This document shows positions 1 to 8,830 of a DNA stretch of 64,000 nt, one piece after another; position 1 is the first letter of the stretch; each line of letters begins with the position of its first letter. The notes beneath the pieces are model-generated. The model worked only from the letters and a program-made list of their open reading frames with translations. It had not been told where the DNA came from and ran no database searches. Where the stretch lies: IMG/VR virus record IMGVR_UViG_3300014202_000591; one strand, written 5' to 3'. The position numbers were made by a program, and so were the translations under genes. This stretch comes from a virus.

Positions 1-167
1 AGTGCGCTCAAAAGTTTTTCACCTGGTTCGCGTCGCCCTTTGATTACGTCGCCGAAGTATTGAGCAGAGATGCCCAGCACTTCGGCGTAGTTCTTTTGTG
101 AGCCTGCTTTTTCGGCTTCAGTTTTCAGAAGGGAAATGAGTTCATCGTGAGTGAGTTTCTTTTTCAT
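1..167 (-). CDS. Cro/CI-like helix-turn-helix regulator (truncated by window edge)
   Basis: Manual translation from the ATG at 167 gives MKKKLTHDELISLLKTEAEKAGSQKNYAEVLGISAQYFGDVIKGRREPGEKLLSAL, an XRE-type SQxxxAxxLGISxQY..DV..GRREP pattern. Not in the ORF track. Confidence 0.8.
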   Translation of the reverse strand, partial: MKKKLTHDELISLLKTEAEKAGSQKNYAEVLGISAQYFGDVIKGRREPGEKLLSA

Positions 168-172
168 AGGGG

Positions 173-204
173 TTGCATTATAAGCGGATTTGCGTATAAT
201 GCAA
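173..204. promoter_or_regulatory. Symmetric overlapping divergent sigma70-like promoters / operator
   Basis: TTGCATTATA-12 nt-TATAATGCAA is a perfect 10-bp inverted repeat. It reads TTGCAT-16 bp-TATAAT on both strands. Confidence 0.75.
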
Positions 205-337
205 GTAGCTGATACGCTTATCAGCTACGGCAGGGACACTGCCGGGTGCGCTAACGTGATTTGCTCAAGGAATGTGCGTCGCACCAAAACCCAGTACATA
301 TGGGCAATTTGCACGGACAACTTCTTTAGAAGTCAGT

Positions 338-487
338 ATTTTGCCCGTGCGTGCGTGGGATGTCCGGCTGTGCGACCCTCCACGCGCGCTCGACTTCATT
401 TTGCCCGTGCGTGCGTGGGATGTCCGACCTGCGCGACGCTGAAAGCAAGTTCGATACGATTTTGCCCGTGCGTGCGTGGGATGTCCG
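338..487 (+). CRISPR. CRISPR mini-array with 3 identical 29-bp type I-E-like repeats and 2 spacers
   Basis: Repeat ATTTTGCCCGTGCGTGCGTGGGATGTCCG at 338-366, 398-426 and 459-487. Unique spacers of 31 nt (367-397) and 32 nt (427-458). Length, central hairpin and CCG end resemble I-E repeats. No cas genes in the window. Confidence 0.85.
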
Positions 488-505
488 CAATCTTCAGATG
501 CGTGT

Positions 506-958
506 ATGAGAAAAGCCTACAAGTATAAAATCTATCCAACAACCAGTCAGACAGCAGCCCTGACCGCTCAGCTTTCCGAGTGCTGTCGGCTTTACAATGC
601 GGCACTTGCTGAGCGCATCGGCGCATACAAGATTGCCCGCAAGTCCATCACCTACTACGACCAGAAAAAGCAGGTAAAGGAGATTCGAGCGGCGGGAGAT
701 TGCAGTATTGCCAATCATCAGGTTGCCGCCGATGTGATCAAGCGCGTTGATCTGGCATTTCAGGCATTTTTCCGCCGCTGCAAGGCGGGCCACACGCCCG
801 GCTTCCCGCGCTTCCGGTCATACAAGCTTTACGACTCGCTGACGTTCACAGCCTGGAATAACGGCTGCCGATTTGTCGGACAGAAGCTTTTCATTGCTGG
901 CGCTGGCAACGTGAAAAGGCGCATTACAATGATGCCGAAAGATACTGTAGGCAGGTAG
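506..958 (+). CDS. tnpB: TnpB (IS200/IS605 OrfB)-like protein, N-terminal part only, no RuvC
   Basis: KAYKYKIYPT..Q...L......C..LYNAALAER and AFQAFFRRCKAG..PGFPRFRS match the OrfB_IS605 HTH/REC region. The ORF stops after 150 aa and no RuvC motifs follow in any frame before the next gene. Confidence 0.8.
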   Translation: MRKAYKYKIYPTTSQTAALTAQLSECCRLYNAALAERIGAYKIARKSITYYDQKKQVKEIRAAGDCSIANHQVAADVIKRVDLAFQAFFRRCKAGHTPGFPRFRSYKLYDSLTFTAWNNGCRFVGQKLFIAGAGNVKRRITMMPKDTVGR

Positions 959-1008
959 CGCCCCTGTGCGCCTTGCCTGGCGGGCGCGCGGCGGGGGAGG
1001 GGGACACT

Positions 1009-1281
1009 ATGAGCAAAGACATCATTCGCAGAATCGAAGCCCTTGAACGGCGACTGACGCCGCCGAAAGAGCCGGGCGCGACTGAAACCTTTGGCGCTCG
1101 CCTTCGCAGACTGCGCCAGAATGCCAACCTCTCACAAGGCGAGATGATTCCTGACGTTGGCATCTCGAAAGCTTACCTGAGCGACCTAGAGAACGATAAA
1201 CGGACGCCCGGCGCGGAAGTGCTGCATGGCTTGGCGCGGAAGCTGGGCGTCTCAATGGATTTTCTTTGGACAGGAGAATAG
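1009..1281 (+). CDS. XRE-family HTH transcriptional regulator
   Basis: FGARLRRLRQNANLSQGEM...GISKAYLSDLENDKRTPGAEVLHGLARKLGVSMDFL; GGAG/GGGG-rich RBS before the ATG at 1009. Confidence 0.9.
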   Translation: MSKDIIRRIEALERRLTPPKEPGATETFGARLRRLRQNANLSQGEMIPDVGISKAYLSDLENDKRTPGAEVLHGLARKLGVSMDFLWTGE

Positions 1282-1283
1282 GA

Positions 1284-1733
1284 ATGGAAATTGATAACAG
1301 CTTCAGCAATAACAGCAATCCGCCTCGCCGATTCTTTCTTGAGCGCATCAAAGACAAAACCGGCGTGAGTCGCACGGGCCGCGTTCTGGAAGGCGTCTTA
1401 TGGCAGAACGGCGAAGTGACCGTCCAATGGCGTCCGCCGATGTCAACAAGCGGCTTTTACCATTCAATGCAGGAGTTCCTGACGATTCACGTTGACTGCC
1501 ATCCGTCCTGCAATGTCGTGCGCTGGATTGACCGCGAGGCGTGGCACTGTTTCGACTGCGGCGCGGGTGGAATGGAAGGCAACTTCTGTTCGCGCTGCGG
1601 CTCGCCGTCCACTGGATTTCATCCAGCACTTGAGGGCTGGGAGCCGACAAAGCGATACGAGGCAGAGCGGGAATTGGATCAGTTGAACCGGCGGCGCAAG
1701 GGGTTGGTGGCGGCGCTTGATGGCGAGAAGTAG
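1284..1733 (+). CDS. Hypothetical phage protein with C-terminal CxxC-CxxC zinc ribbon
   Basis: F.L.R..D.TGVS.TG.V.EGV...GEVTVQW motif, seen in small phage proteins; CFDC and CSRC pairs. Confidence 0.6.
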   Translation: MEIDNSFSNNSNPPRRFFLERIKDKTGVSRTGRVLEGVLWQNGEVTVQWRPPMSTSGFYHSMQEFLTIHVDCHPSCNVVRWIDREAWHCFDCGAGGMEGNFCSRCGSPSTGFHPALEGWEPTKRYEAERELDQLNRRRKGLVAALDGEK

Positions 1734-1765
1734 CGCCCCGCGTGCGGCGGGCGGAAGGGGAATTT

Positions 1766-2113
1766 ATGACTAAGCATCACCTTAGAAAACTAGCACCGTA
1801 TAGAACCGCGCTGCGCGAACGATTCGAGGGATGGACGCGACAGCGCAAAGAACCGCTGTGGACGTGCGGCATCGTGACGGACGCTTTTTACGTGGTCACG
1901 CTTGGCGTCGGTAAATCAGCTTACGATGCGGCTGCGGTGCGGGAGAAAGTCAAAGACGCGCCAATGCCCGCAATGATCTTCGACGGGAAAATGGTTCACG
2001 TTGTGAAGGCATCTGGTGACGAATGGACGGCTGAAGCGGCAGAGGAAGACGCGAAGGAGATTGCGAGCGTGATCATCGCCGAAGAGATGGAACAAGCCAG
2101 ACGCAGGAGATGA
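1766..2113 (+). CDS. Hypothetical protein
   Basis: ORF with GGGG RBS, co-oriented in the early operon. Confidence 0.55.
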   Translation: MTKHHLRKLAPYRTALRERFEGWTRQRKEPLWTCGIVTDAFYVVTLGVGKSAYDAAAVREKVKDAPMPAMIFDGKMVHVVKASGDEWTAEAAEEDAKEIASVIIAEEMEQARRRR

Positions 2114-2156
2114 GCTAATAAATCGGAGTTTTTCTCGGCAGGAGGAAGAGAGGTTT

Positions 2157-2444
2157 ATGTTTATTCACAAACCAGACGAAGTATTGATCTATTACGACAG
2201 GCCGTTACTTTTCACGCTGAAATCGGAAGAAAGCGACAACGGCGAAGAGGTTTGGATTTGCTCGCCAATTACCGAAGAGAAGTTGAGCGACGTGAAAAGC
2301 GGCGCAGTTGACCTGCGTGAAGGCTTTCTTGGCCGCCCTTACAGCGTTGTGCGCGTGATGGCTAATGGCGATCCGGTGATTACAATTGCTGCTGAAGTGT
2401 CGGATGAATGGCTGCCAGACGTAGGGGCGAAGTTGCGTGTGTAA
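2157..2444 (+). CDS. Hypothetical protein (possible DUF6575-like)
   Basis: Strong AGAGG RBS; LIYYDRPLLFT motif recalled from DUF6575-like proteins, not verified. Confidence 0.5.
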   Translation: MFIHKPDEVLIYYDRPLLFTLKSEESDNGEEVWICSPITEEKLSDVKSGAVDLREGFLGRPYSVVRVMANGDPVITIAAEVSDEWLPDVGAKLRV

Positions 2445-3182
2445 ATCGGTCTTCCTGACGGCAAGCGCGCTCGGATGCCTGATTTTAGATGCGAGATAAC
2501 GTGCTATTATGCACGCGCATTAAGCGAGAACGGCAGGCGCTACCAACGCCCACCGTCTCTAACCAAATCGAAAGGGGTAAGCTTCCGATACCAGTCTTGA
2601 TTTTCTTTCGCAAGTCCAGCAGCTTGCGCCATCAATTCACCAACTCATCACAAGTAAGTCCGCGCGCATCACCGCTGCCGTCACGTCTCACGATGTCACT
2701 GCCGGTTATGGTCGCGGGTTCACGTTTCACTTAAAACCCGAACTGCTGATCGAGCAGTGCCTGACGTGCTTTGAAACGGCGACCAGTCGGCCTACCTTTG
2801 ATTGTCGCTGGCATCGCTTCGAGAAACGATTTATGCAAATCGTCGACGCGGAAGCGCCCACGCTGGAAAAGGCGTTGCGGAAGTTGGAGGCGGTGAGTGC
2901 ATTGGAAGAACGGAGGGCGGCGTGAAAGAAAAAGTATTCCCTCAATTGAGCGGATATAGGCCGCTACGGAGGCGCAGGACGGTCACACTTTGCCATTGGC
3001 TGGATGATCTGAATAGATGGAAGTGGCCCGCCGAAATAGCTCGCTTGACCGAGCGGCTAGAATCGGAGTCCCGCCCGCCAGGACGTGACTCGCTTCGCCC
3101 CTACGGGGCTGCGCTCGTTTCTACTATTTCCGCCGCCCCTTCGGGTTGTCTTGAAGTAGACTGGTAGCGGAGGAAGAAGACT

Positions 3183-3626
3183 ATGATTTTTACGCTTGAA
3201 CAAAAAATGGCCGCACTCGCAATGCGCTTTTACCAGAGGATGCCTTGGGAGCCGAAAGTTGGCGATTACTATTGCCTGACTCGTGAAGGCGTCGAACTGT
3301 TTATTATCAACCGTACCGATGGCGAGAACTTCTACATTCGCCGTGTGTACGCACCCGACCAGCCCGAAGGTGACGAAATGTCCGACCCTTGGCCGATTGA
3401 AAGCTTTCAGTCCGGCTTCGGGGAGAATCGCGTTTGGGTGCATCCGGTCATTCTAGAAAGAATGCGCTCCCGGTTTGAACATCAGGGGCCGTGCGTTAAA
3501 GGAACCTTTGGGCACAGCCTGATTCTCAAAGACGGAACGAAGGTTTGCATTAATAGAGGCGAGGGCGCAGAGAGTGCCCACGTTTGGCTGTCCAATCCCG
3601 CATGCGAAATTGTGACGGCTCAATGA
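3183..3626 (+). CDS. Hypothetical protein
   Basis: 147-aa ORF with GGAGGAAG RBS. Confidence 0.55.
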   Translation: MIFTLEQKMAALAMRFYQRMPWEPKVGDYYCLTREGVELFIINRTDGENFYIRRVYAPDQPEGDEMSDPWPIESFQSGFGENRVWVHPVILERMRSRFEHQGPCVKGTFGHSLILKDGTKVCINRGEGAESAHVWLSNPACEIVTAQ

Positions 3627-3907
3627 CGCCCTCCCCGTTACTCTTGCGCCATCCGGCGCGGCGAGTACGGGGCAGCGGGGCGGGCGGAAGGCAAAAGACA
3701 GCCCTCGCCCGTCTCCACTCCGGGCGCGTCGCTCAAAGCAGCGCCGCAGCCCTACGCTGCCGAGGGCGGGGGCTCGTTCGCGGCCCCTCTGGGGCACGCT
3801 CTCTCGCCGGTAAAACAGGATACTTTCCGTAATGAAGTGATGGACGTAATTCTGCTGGAATTAGGATTTAGGACTTGGCTTAAAACCAACCGCACATAAC
3901 TAGCATT

Positions 3908-4801
3908 ATGCTTGAAATCACCACTATTCTCGAAGCCTGCGAAACCGCGCCAACGCGCCGCGCCTATCGCCGTCAACTGGAACTGCTCGAAGCTTTCCTT
4001 GATGGCAACCTGCCTGATTATGGTTCAGTGATGGCGTATCGGGCGCACTTACAAGAGCGCGGACTTTCGCCTCAGAATATCAATCAGGCGCTCGCGGCCG
4101 TTCGCTTCTGGGCAGTCGGCGCGCTGGGACGCGAATGGATCAAGCCAGAGGTAAAGGCGGGAATCTTCGCCGTCAAGAACCTGAAGATCAAAGGCCGGAA
4201 GCTCGGCCATTGGCTCACGGTTGATGAAGCGCAAAGCCTCATCAACAAGCCGCCGCTGACTGCCATCGGCCAGCGTGACCGCGCAATGCTCGCACTACTG
4301 ATCGGTGCGGGACTGCGCCGCTCGGAAGTGGCTAGTTTGCAAGTTAAGCACTTCGAGCAACGCGATGGCGGCAATGGCGCAATGCGCTGGATGCTGATTG
4401 GTGTCACGGGAAAGCACGGGCGGACGCGAAACGTGCCGATTGCCGATTGGGTCAAGAAGATTGTGGACAAGTGGCTGAACGTGGCCAGGATTCGCAGCGG
4501 CAGCGTTTTTCGCCGCGTGCTGAAGCCGGAGCCACTGACGCTAGGCAAAGAAGCGCTGACGCCGCAGTCGGTCTATCTGGCCGTGAAGCGTTACGGCTTC
4601 GATATGGGGCGGAGCCAAATCGCGCCGCACGATTTACGGCGGACGTTTGCGCGCCTCGCGTTTGAAGGCGACGCCCCATTGAAACAGATTCAGTTTGCGT
4701 TAGGACACGCAAGCCAAACAACAACCGAACAGTACGTCAATGCGGAGCAGGATATGCAGCTTACGCCGGGGGATGTGCTGGGAATTAGTGTGGAGGTATA
4801 A
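3908..4801 (+). CDS. Tyrosine recombinase (XerC/D-like phage integrase family)
   Basis: Catalytic signature R (GLRRSEV), K (GKHGRTR), HxxR (PHDLRRTFA), H (LGHAS) and Y (TTEQY); N-terminal SAM-like SPQNINQALAAVR. Confidence 0.92.
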   Translation: MLEITTILEACETAPTRRAYRRQLELLEAFLDGNLPDYGSVMAYRAHLQERGLSPQNINQALAAVRFWAVGALGREWIKPEVKAGIFAVKNLKIKGRKLGHWLTVDEAQSLINKPPLTAIGQRDRAMLALLIGAGLRRSEVASLQVKHFEQRDGGNGAMRWMLIGVTGKHGRTRNVPIADWVKKIVDKWLNVARIRSGSVFRRVLKPEPLTLGKEALTPQSVYLAVKRYGFDMGRSQIAPHDLRRTFARLAFEGDAPLKQIQFALGHASQTTTEQYVNAEQDMQLTPGDVLGISVEV

Positions 4802-4804
4802 GAG

Positions 4805-5086
4805 ATGACATTCTGTAAATTCGCATTTGACCATCAGCCCAACGAGACATGTCCTCACTGTGAGATTGAAGTAGATCGTTACGGGAACACAGCGGAGGAT
4901 TTTCGCAACTGCTCATTTCCTGATTGCGGATGTGACGGGCAGCGGCTTTGCATGGCCCCAAGTGGAGCCAATCAAGACTCGTTAAGATGCAACGTCGAAG
5001 GAATGTATCGCCGAACGGACAAGGCGGCAGTGGCGGCGCGGCTGCGGTTGATGGGAATTGTCGCTAAGACTCAATATCGTAAATGA
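4805..5086 (+). CDS. Cys-rich hypothetical protein
   Basis: ORF follows the recombinase after 3 bp; CPHC and CSFPDCGC. Confidence 0.55.
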   Translation: MTFCKFAFDHQPNETCPHCEIEVDRYGNTAEDFRNCSFPDCGCDGQRLCMAPSGANQDSLRCNVEGMYRRTDKAAVAARLRLMGIVAKTQYRK

Positions 5087-5724
5087 ACGCAAGCATCAAT
5101 TATGGTGCAGTTTTTTTTTCAAAGGAGAGCGGATATGCCTACAAGAATGGACAGCGAATTGAAGAGCGGAGCGATTACACAATCACACCCGATGGCGGCT
5201 ATGGCACACCCGGCACGTGGCCGGGCATCGTGCAGGCTCTGGAAGGTCAAAAGCCAGAGCAATCGCCTCGAAATCCGTATCATCACGTCGTGCTCGGTGA
5301 CGGGCCAATCTTCGTGGGGTTGCATCAGCAAAGCTCAACTCTCGTCTATCGCGGGGTCGAAAAGCTTGACTTCCTGAGCCTCGTGCAAGATGCACCACAG
5401 GAAGCAATCAAGGAATGGACGCATGAAGGCAAAACTGAAAAGTATTTAGACGATGATTATTTTCGAGACAATGACTTGCCCATTGTTTTGTCTATTGATG
5501 GCATCCGAATTGAGGTTCGGTATACCTTCAGTGACAATTATTATCAATTTGTCAGAATGGAGCAGCCGGACGGCGCAGTATGGTGCGGGTGGTCTGGCTA
5601 TGGTGTCGGCGCAGGACTTGAAGGCTGCGGCTACGGCGGAGATTCGAGCGACTGCGACAACCAAATGCTCGCTTTCTGGCCTGACGCCATCTTGCGGGCA
5701 GAGCGGGTTCCCGCAACCGTTTAG
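5083..5724 (+). CDS. Hypothetical protein
   Basis: ATGA/TAA-type overlap with the upstream gene; 213 aa. Confidence 0.6.
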   Translation: MNASINYGAVFFSKESGYAYKNGQRIEERSDYTITPDGGYGTPGTWPGIVQALEGQKPEQSPRNPYHHVVLGDGPIFVGLHQQSSTLVYRGVEKLDFLSLVQDAPQEAIKEWTHEGKTEKYLDDDYFRDNDLPIVLSIDGIRIEVRYTFSDNYYQFVRMEQPDGAVWCGWSGYGVGAGLEGCGYGGDSSDCDNQMLAFWPDAILRAERVPATV

Positions 5725-5778
5725 CCACGCTCCCCCACGGGCGGCACGGCGGAAGCAGCAAATAAGGAGAAATGCACC

Positions 5779-6624
5779 ATGGCAACCTATACAGCAGATG
5801 ACCTGTTTCGATTCTACGACGACGATTTTGATGACGACGAAATCAACGGCGGCGACGAAGACGACGAACACGAATTCGGCTGCTGCTTCCCTGGCCGCTG
5901 CTTAATGCCAAGCCCTGACCACAGCATGGCACGAAGAGCAAATGAAAGGAGAAATGCACCAATGACCACCACCGCATCACCCGCTCCCCTGCCGCCCGAA
6001 CTGGTGGCGAAGGCGGCGGGGGCAACGAGAGCCTACCGCCGAAGCCTGGAATTTGCGGACGATTGGGACGATGAGACTGCCGCCGAAGCCGCCCTTCTCG
6101 CCGCCGACGTGCCGGGACTGATGGCGGAGCGCGACAGTGCGGTTCGCGTTGCTGAAATTCTGGCCGTGAATCTGAAGAAAACGGAAGCCGAGTGCGGGCG
6201 GCTGCTGGCGGAGAACGAGCATTTTCGCGTGTCAGCAAGTCAGCTAAAATGGCTTGGCGAGCTACCGGCAGACGAGCGCGCGCGGTTGGTCAAAATCTAT
6301 TTTGGCGACTTTACTAAAATAGAGCAGGAGCGCGACGAAGCTCAACGCGCCGCCGCCCTGCACCGCGACATGGACAATTTCAACCACGCGCTGCTGGAGA
6401 AGGCGCGGGCGGAGAACGCCGAAGCGCGGACGGCGTTGGCATTCCTGATGCGCGACGTTGACGCCGTGACGGGCGTTTCCAATAAAGACCGGTACGACTT
6501 TGCAGTGGACGTGGCCCGCGAGCGTGGCCACGAAGAGCCGACGGCGGAAGATGAGTTAGATGGATTTTTGCGTTTGATTGTGGAAGCCCGGCGCGTGATG
6601 GGCAAGGAGGTGCAGAATGGATGA
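5779..6624 (+). CDS. Hypothetical coiled-coil protein, probably with an internal start at 5962
   Basis: Two identical AAGGAGAAATGCACCA RBS blocks precede the ATGs at 5779 and 5962, in the same frame. Confidence 0.6.
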   Translation: MATYTADDLFRFYDDDFDDDEINGGDEDDEHEFGCCFPGRCLMPSPDHSMARRANERRNAPMTTTASPAPLPPELVAKAAGATRAYRRSLEFADDWDDETAAEAALLAADVPGLMAERDSAVRVAEILAVNLKKTEAECGRLLAENEHFRVSASQLKWLGELPADERARLVKIYFGDFTKIEQERDEAQRAAALHRDMDNFNHALLEKARAENAEARTALAFLMRDVDAVTGVSNKDRYDFAVDVARERGHEEPTAEDELDGFLRLIVEARRVMGKEVQNG

Positions 6625-7245
6625 CTTCGACAAGGATCGCCAGATTCACCAGTTGAAGAGCGCGCTTGCAAACCAAGATGCGAAGGTTTGCAAGCTGTAT
6701 CGCGAGCGAGATGAGGCGCGGGAGGCGTTGGCGGCGCTAATTGCCGCAACCGTGCGAGCGCGCAATGCCGATGATAGCGAGATGCGTGAAGGCCTATGCC
6801 TGGATAGCGATGAAAGATTTATCGAGATTCAGGCAGAAGTTGAAGACGCCCATGTTGCGTTGATCAACGCAGAGATTGAAGCCCGGCGCGTGCTGGGCAG
6901 CAAGGAGGAAGCGTGAGTCCTGAATTGTACGAAGAAGAGTTAGCCGCCCTCCGCGCCGAGCGGAATCAGCGGCTGGCGGCGAGCGAGAAGCTGACCGCCG
7001 CCTATGAGCAGCAAGAGCGTATTGCTTGTCAGGTAAACGTCGAACTGACGGAATTACTGACGGCGACGGAAAAGGCGGCGACCGACTTCCGCGCCCGCGT
7101 CGAAGCGGAGTTCGGGCGGTTGCGGGAGAATCTGGTTGCCGACGCTGAGGCAATGGCCAGCCACGGCAGCGGAACGAGTGCCGATACGATTAGAGATGCG
7201 ATTGACGCCGCCCACAAGCGGCTGATGGGAGGTAACGCGCAATGA
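6617..7245 (+). CDS. Two small coupled hypothetical genes (6617-6916 and 6913-7245)
   Basis: Overlapping stop/start junctions with GGAGG RBS; coiled-coil composition. Confidence 0.6.
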
Positions 7246-7336
7246 CTGCTGAAAAATGGCGGCTCAATGTGTGGTTTGCCGAATTGATTGCGCCGGACGG
7301 CACAAAGGAAACGCTGGACAGAGGGGAGCATTACCG

Positions 7337-7759
7337 ATGACCGAACCAACTGAAGCCGAGCGCGCCAAACTGAACGAGCGGCTGGCGCGGGCAATGGGCA
7401 TCCCTGACGACCACTGGATGTTTCAATGCCTCAAGGACGATCACCTGCTTGACGGCCACGGCCCGCATGCCTTTTGCCTGACATGCGCGGCCCCAGTGAA
7501 CAAGAGTGCGTTAGTGCCGCCTGATTTTACCCGCGACCCCGCCGCGAGCCGGGAGTTGGTGGAGTGGGTGGCGGCGGACCAGAATCGCGCGACAGAGTTT
7601 ATTAAATTGCTTTGGCGGAGTCTTGAACCGCGACCGCTTTTGCCACCTAGCGACGCAGCAAGCGATTGGCAGTTAGGGCTTTTTGTGATGGCGTTTATGA
7701 CCGCCGACCTGCTACTGAAAGCCCAGGCTGCGGATGCGGCGATTGGAGGACAAAGATGA
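7337..7759 (+). CDS. Hypothetical protein, NinX / phage ABA-sandwich-like
   Basis: LNERLARAMG...PPDFTRDPAASRELVEW resembles the L...VA..MGW...P.YS.D..AAW pattern. Confidence 0.5.
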   Translation: MTEPTEAERAKLNERLARAMGIPDDHWMFQCLKDDHLLDGHGPHAFCLTCAAPVNKSALVPPDFTRDPAASRELVEWVAADQNRATEFIKLLWRSLEPRPLLPPSDAASDWQLGLFVMAFMTADLLLKAQAADAAIGGQR

Positions 7760-7980
7760 CCAAGGAATTACTGGAGCGCGCCACTGAGCAAGTATTGCTC
7801 AGCAAGGGGTGGAACGAAATGGCAGAGTATAAAGTTGCTCGCGATCTTGCCGCCGCCATCCTCCGCGCAGCCATCGAAGCATGCGCGGAGGTTGCCGCCC
7901 GCGAAAACAACGGTCAGGAAACTGACTGGCAATTATGCGCGACATGTATCGAGCGCGACATCCGCGCCTTGCTTGACTAA
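7756..7980 (+). CDS. Hypothetical protein
   Basis: GGAGGA RBS; AAIEACAEVA motif common in small phage proteins. Confidence 0.55.
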   Translation: MTKELLERATEQVLLSKGWNEMAEYKVARDLAAAILRAAIEACAEVAARENNGQETDWQLCATCIERDIRALLD

Positions 7981-7990
7981 CTGCCTTTCT

Positions 7991-8075
7991 GCGGGGATAG
8001 TTTGAGCCGACGGGCGAAACACTGGAGTCCAATCCAGAGACGCAGGTAAAACGTTGAACCCTGCTCCCCGTTCCA
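7991..8075 (+). tRNA. Atypical tRNA-like element (Trp CCA-like) with 3' CCA
   Basis: Acceptor GCGGGGA/TCCCCGT plus T plus CCA; D stem GTTT/AAAC; anticodon stem CTGGA/TCCAG with a 6-nt loop GTCCAA; T stem GCAGG/CCTGC with a 13-nt loop. Confidence 0.65.
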
Positions 8076-8410
8076 ACATCCATCAAGGAGAAAACAATGA
8101 GCTGCTTGGCCACACTGGACAATCTGGCATTCAGTGCGCCGGAGCGCGAATACAGCAATGGCGATGTGATCAGGTGTGAGTATGAGACGCGAGCGGACGC
8201 GGAAATGATTCTGCGCAATGGAGTGTGGGAGTGGAGACGGCAAGGGGAACTTAATTAGTACTTGCAATTCGCCGCAATCTCTGGCAAGCTCTGAAAGCTC
8301 GTGTCTCAAGGAAAAGATTTGAGCTTTGCGTCGCCTTCGCGCGTCGCGAGTTAATCGGCGGACGTTCCATTGTTGGAAGCTTTGGAACTGTCCGCCATTA
8401 CTTTTTTCCG

Positions 8411-8830
8411 TCAAAGATCGCTCCCCCACTTCCCCGCCCCTCTCACCACTGCCCGCCACGTTGCCAAATGACTCACCGTCACCATGTCCCACGGCTCCGC
8501 CCGCTCCCGACACCGATACTCCCACACCAACCGCCAATCGCCGGGCAATAGTTCCAGCACAAGGCAACAATCCAGCGCGCCGCCAGCCGTGCGCCACAGG
8601 CAATCCGGCAACCGATCCGCGCGCGCCCAATCGCCGCCGAAGCAGTGCAGACCATACCCCGCCAACTTTGGATAGCGGGCATAGAACAACCTGGGATTCA
8701 GCTTGATCACGCTGCCGGGCGTATGGGGGTATTGGACGCGCGGATCGTAGTGGCTGCGGTAGCCGGGGGCGCAGATTTTGAGGGCGAGAAGCATCCTACC
8801 TCCAAGTCCGGGCATTAAGTTCGGTTTCAA
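8411..8830 (-). CDS. Hypothetical protein
   Basis: ORF at the end of the minus-strand late run; contains a GLHC motif. Confidence 0.45.
   Translation of the reverse strand: MKPNLMPGLGGRMLLALKICAPGYRSHYDPRVQYPHTPGSVIKLNPRLFYARYPKLAGYGLHCFGGDWARADRLPDCLWRTAGGALDCCLVLELLPGDWRLVWEYRCRERAEPWDMVTVSHLATWRAVVRGAGKWGSDL

Noticed and set aside
367-458. Self-targeting by the spacers
   Set aside because: No convincing match seen by eye; the longest noticed was about 10 nt (GCTTTCAGCG near 32119). A computed search is still needed.
190-528. ORFs 190-528 (+) and 396-626 (-), and the GTG start at 476 for TnpB
   Set aside because: They read through the CRISPR repeats (repeated FARACVGCP). The ATG at 506 matches the usual TnpB N-terminus.
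2445-2945. Gap between early genes containing ORFs 2489-2734 and 2727-2945
   Set aside because: No RBS or motif support on either strand, and no convincing RNA structure beyond a 5-bp inverted repeat.
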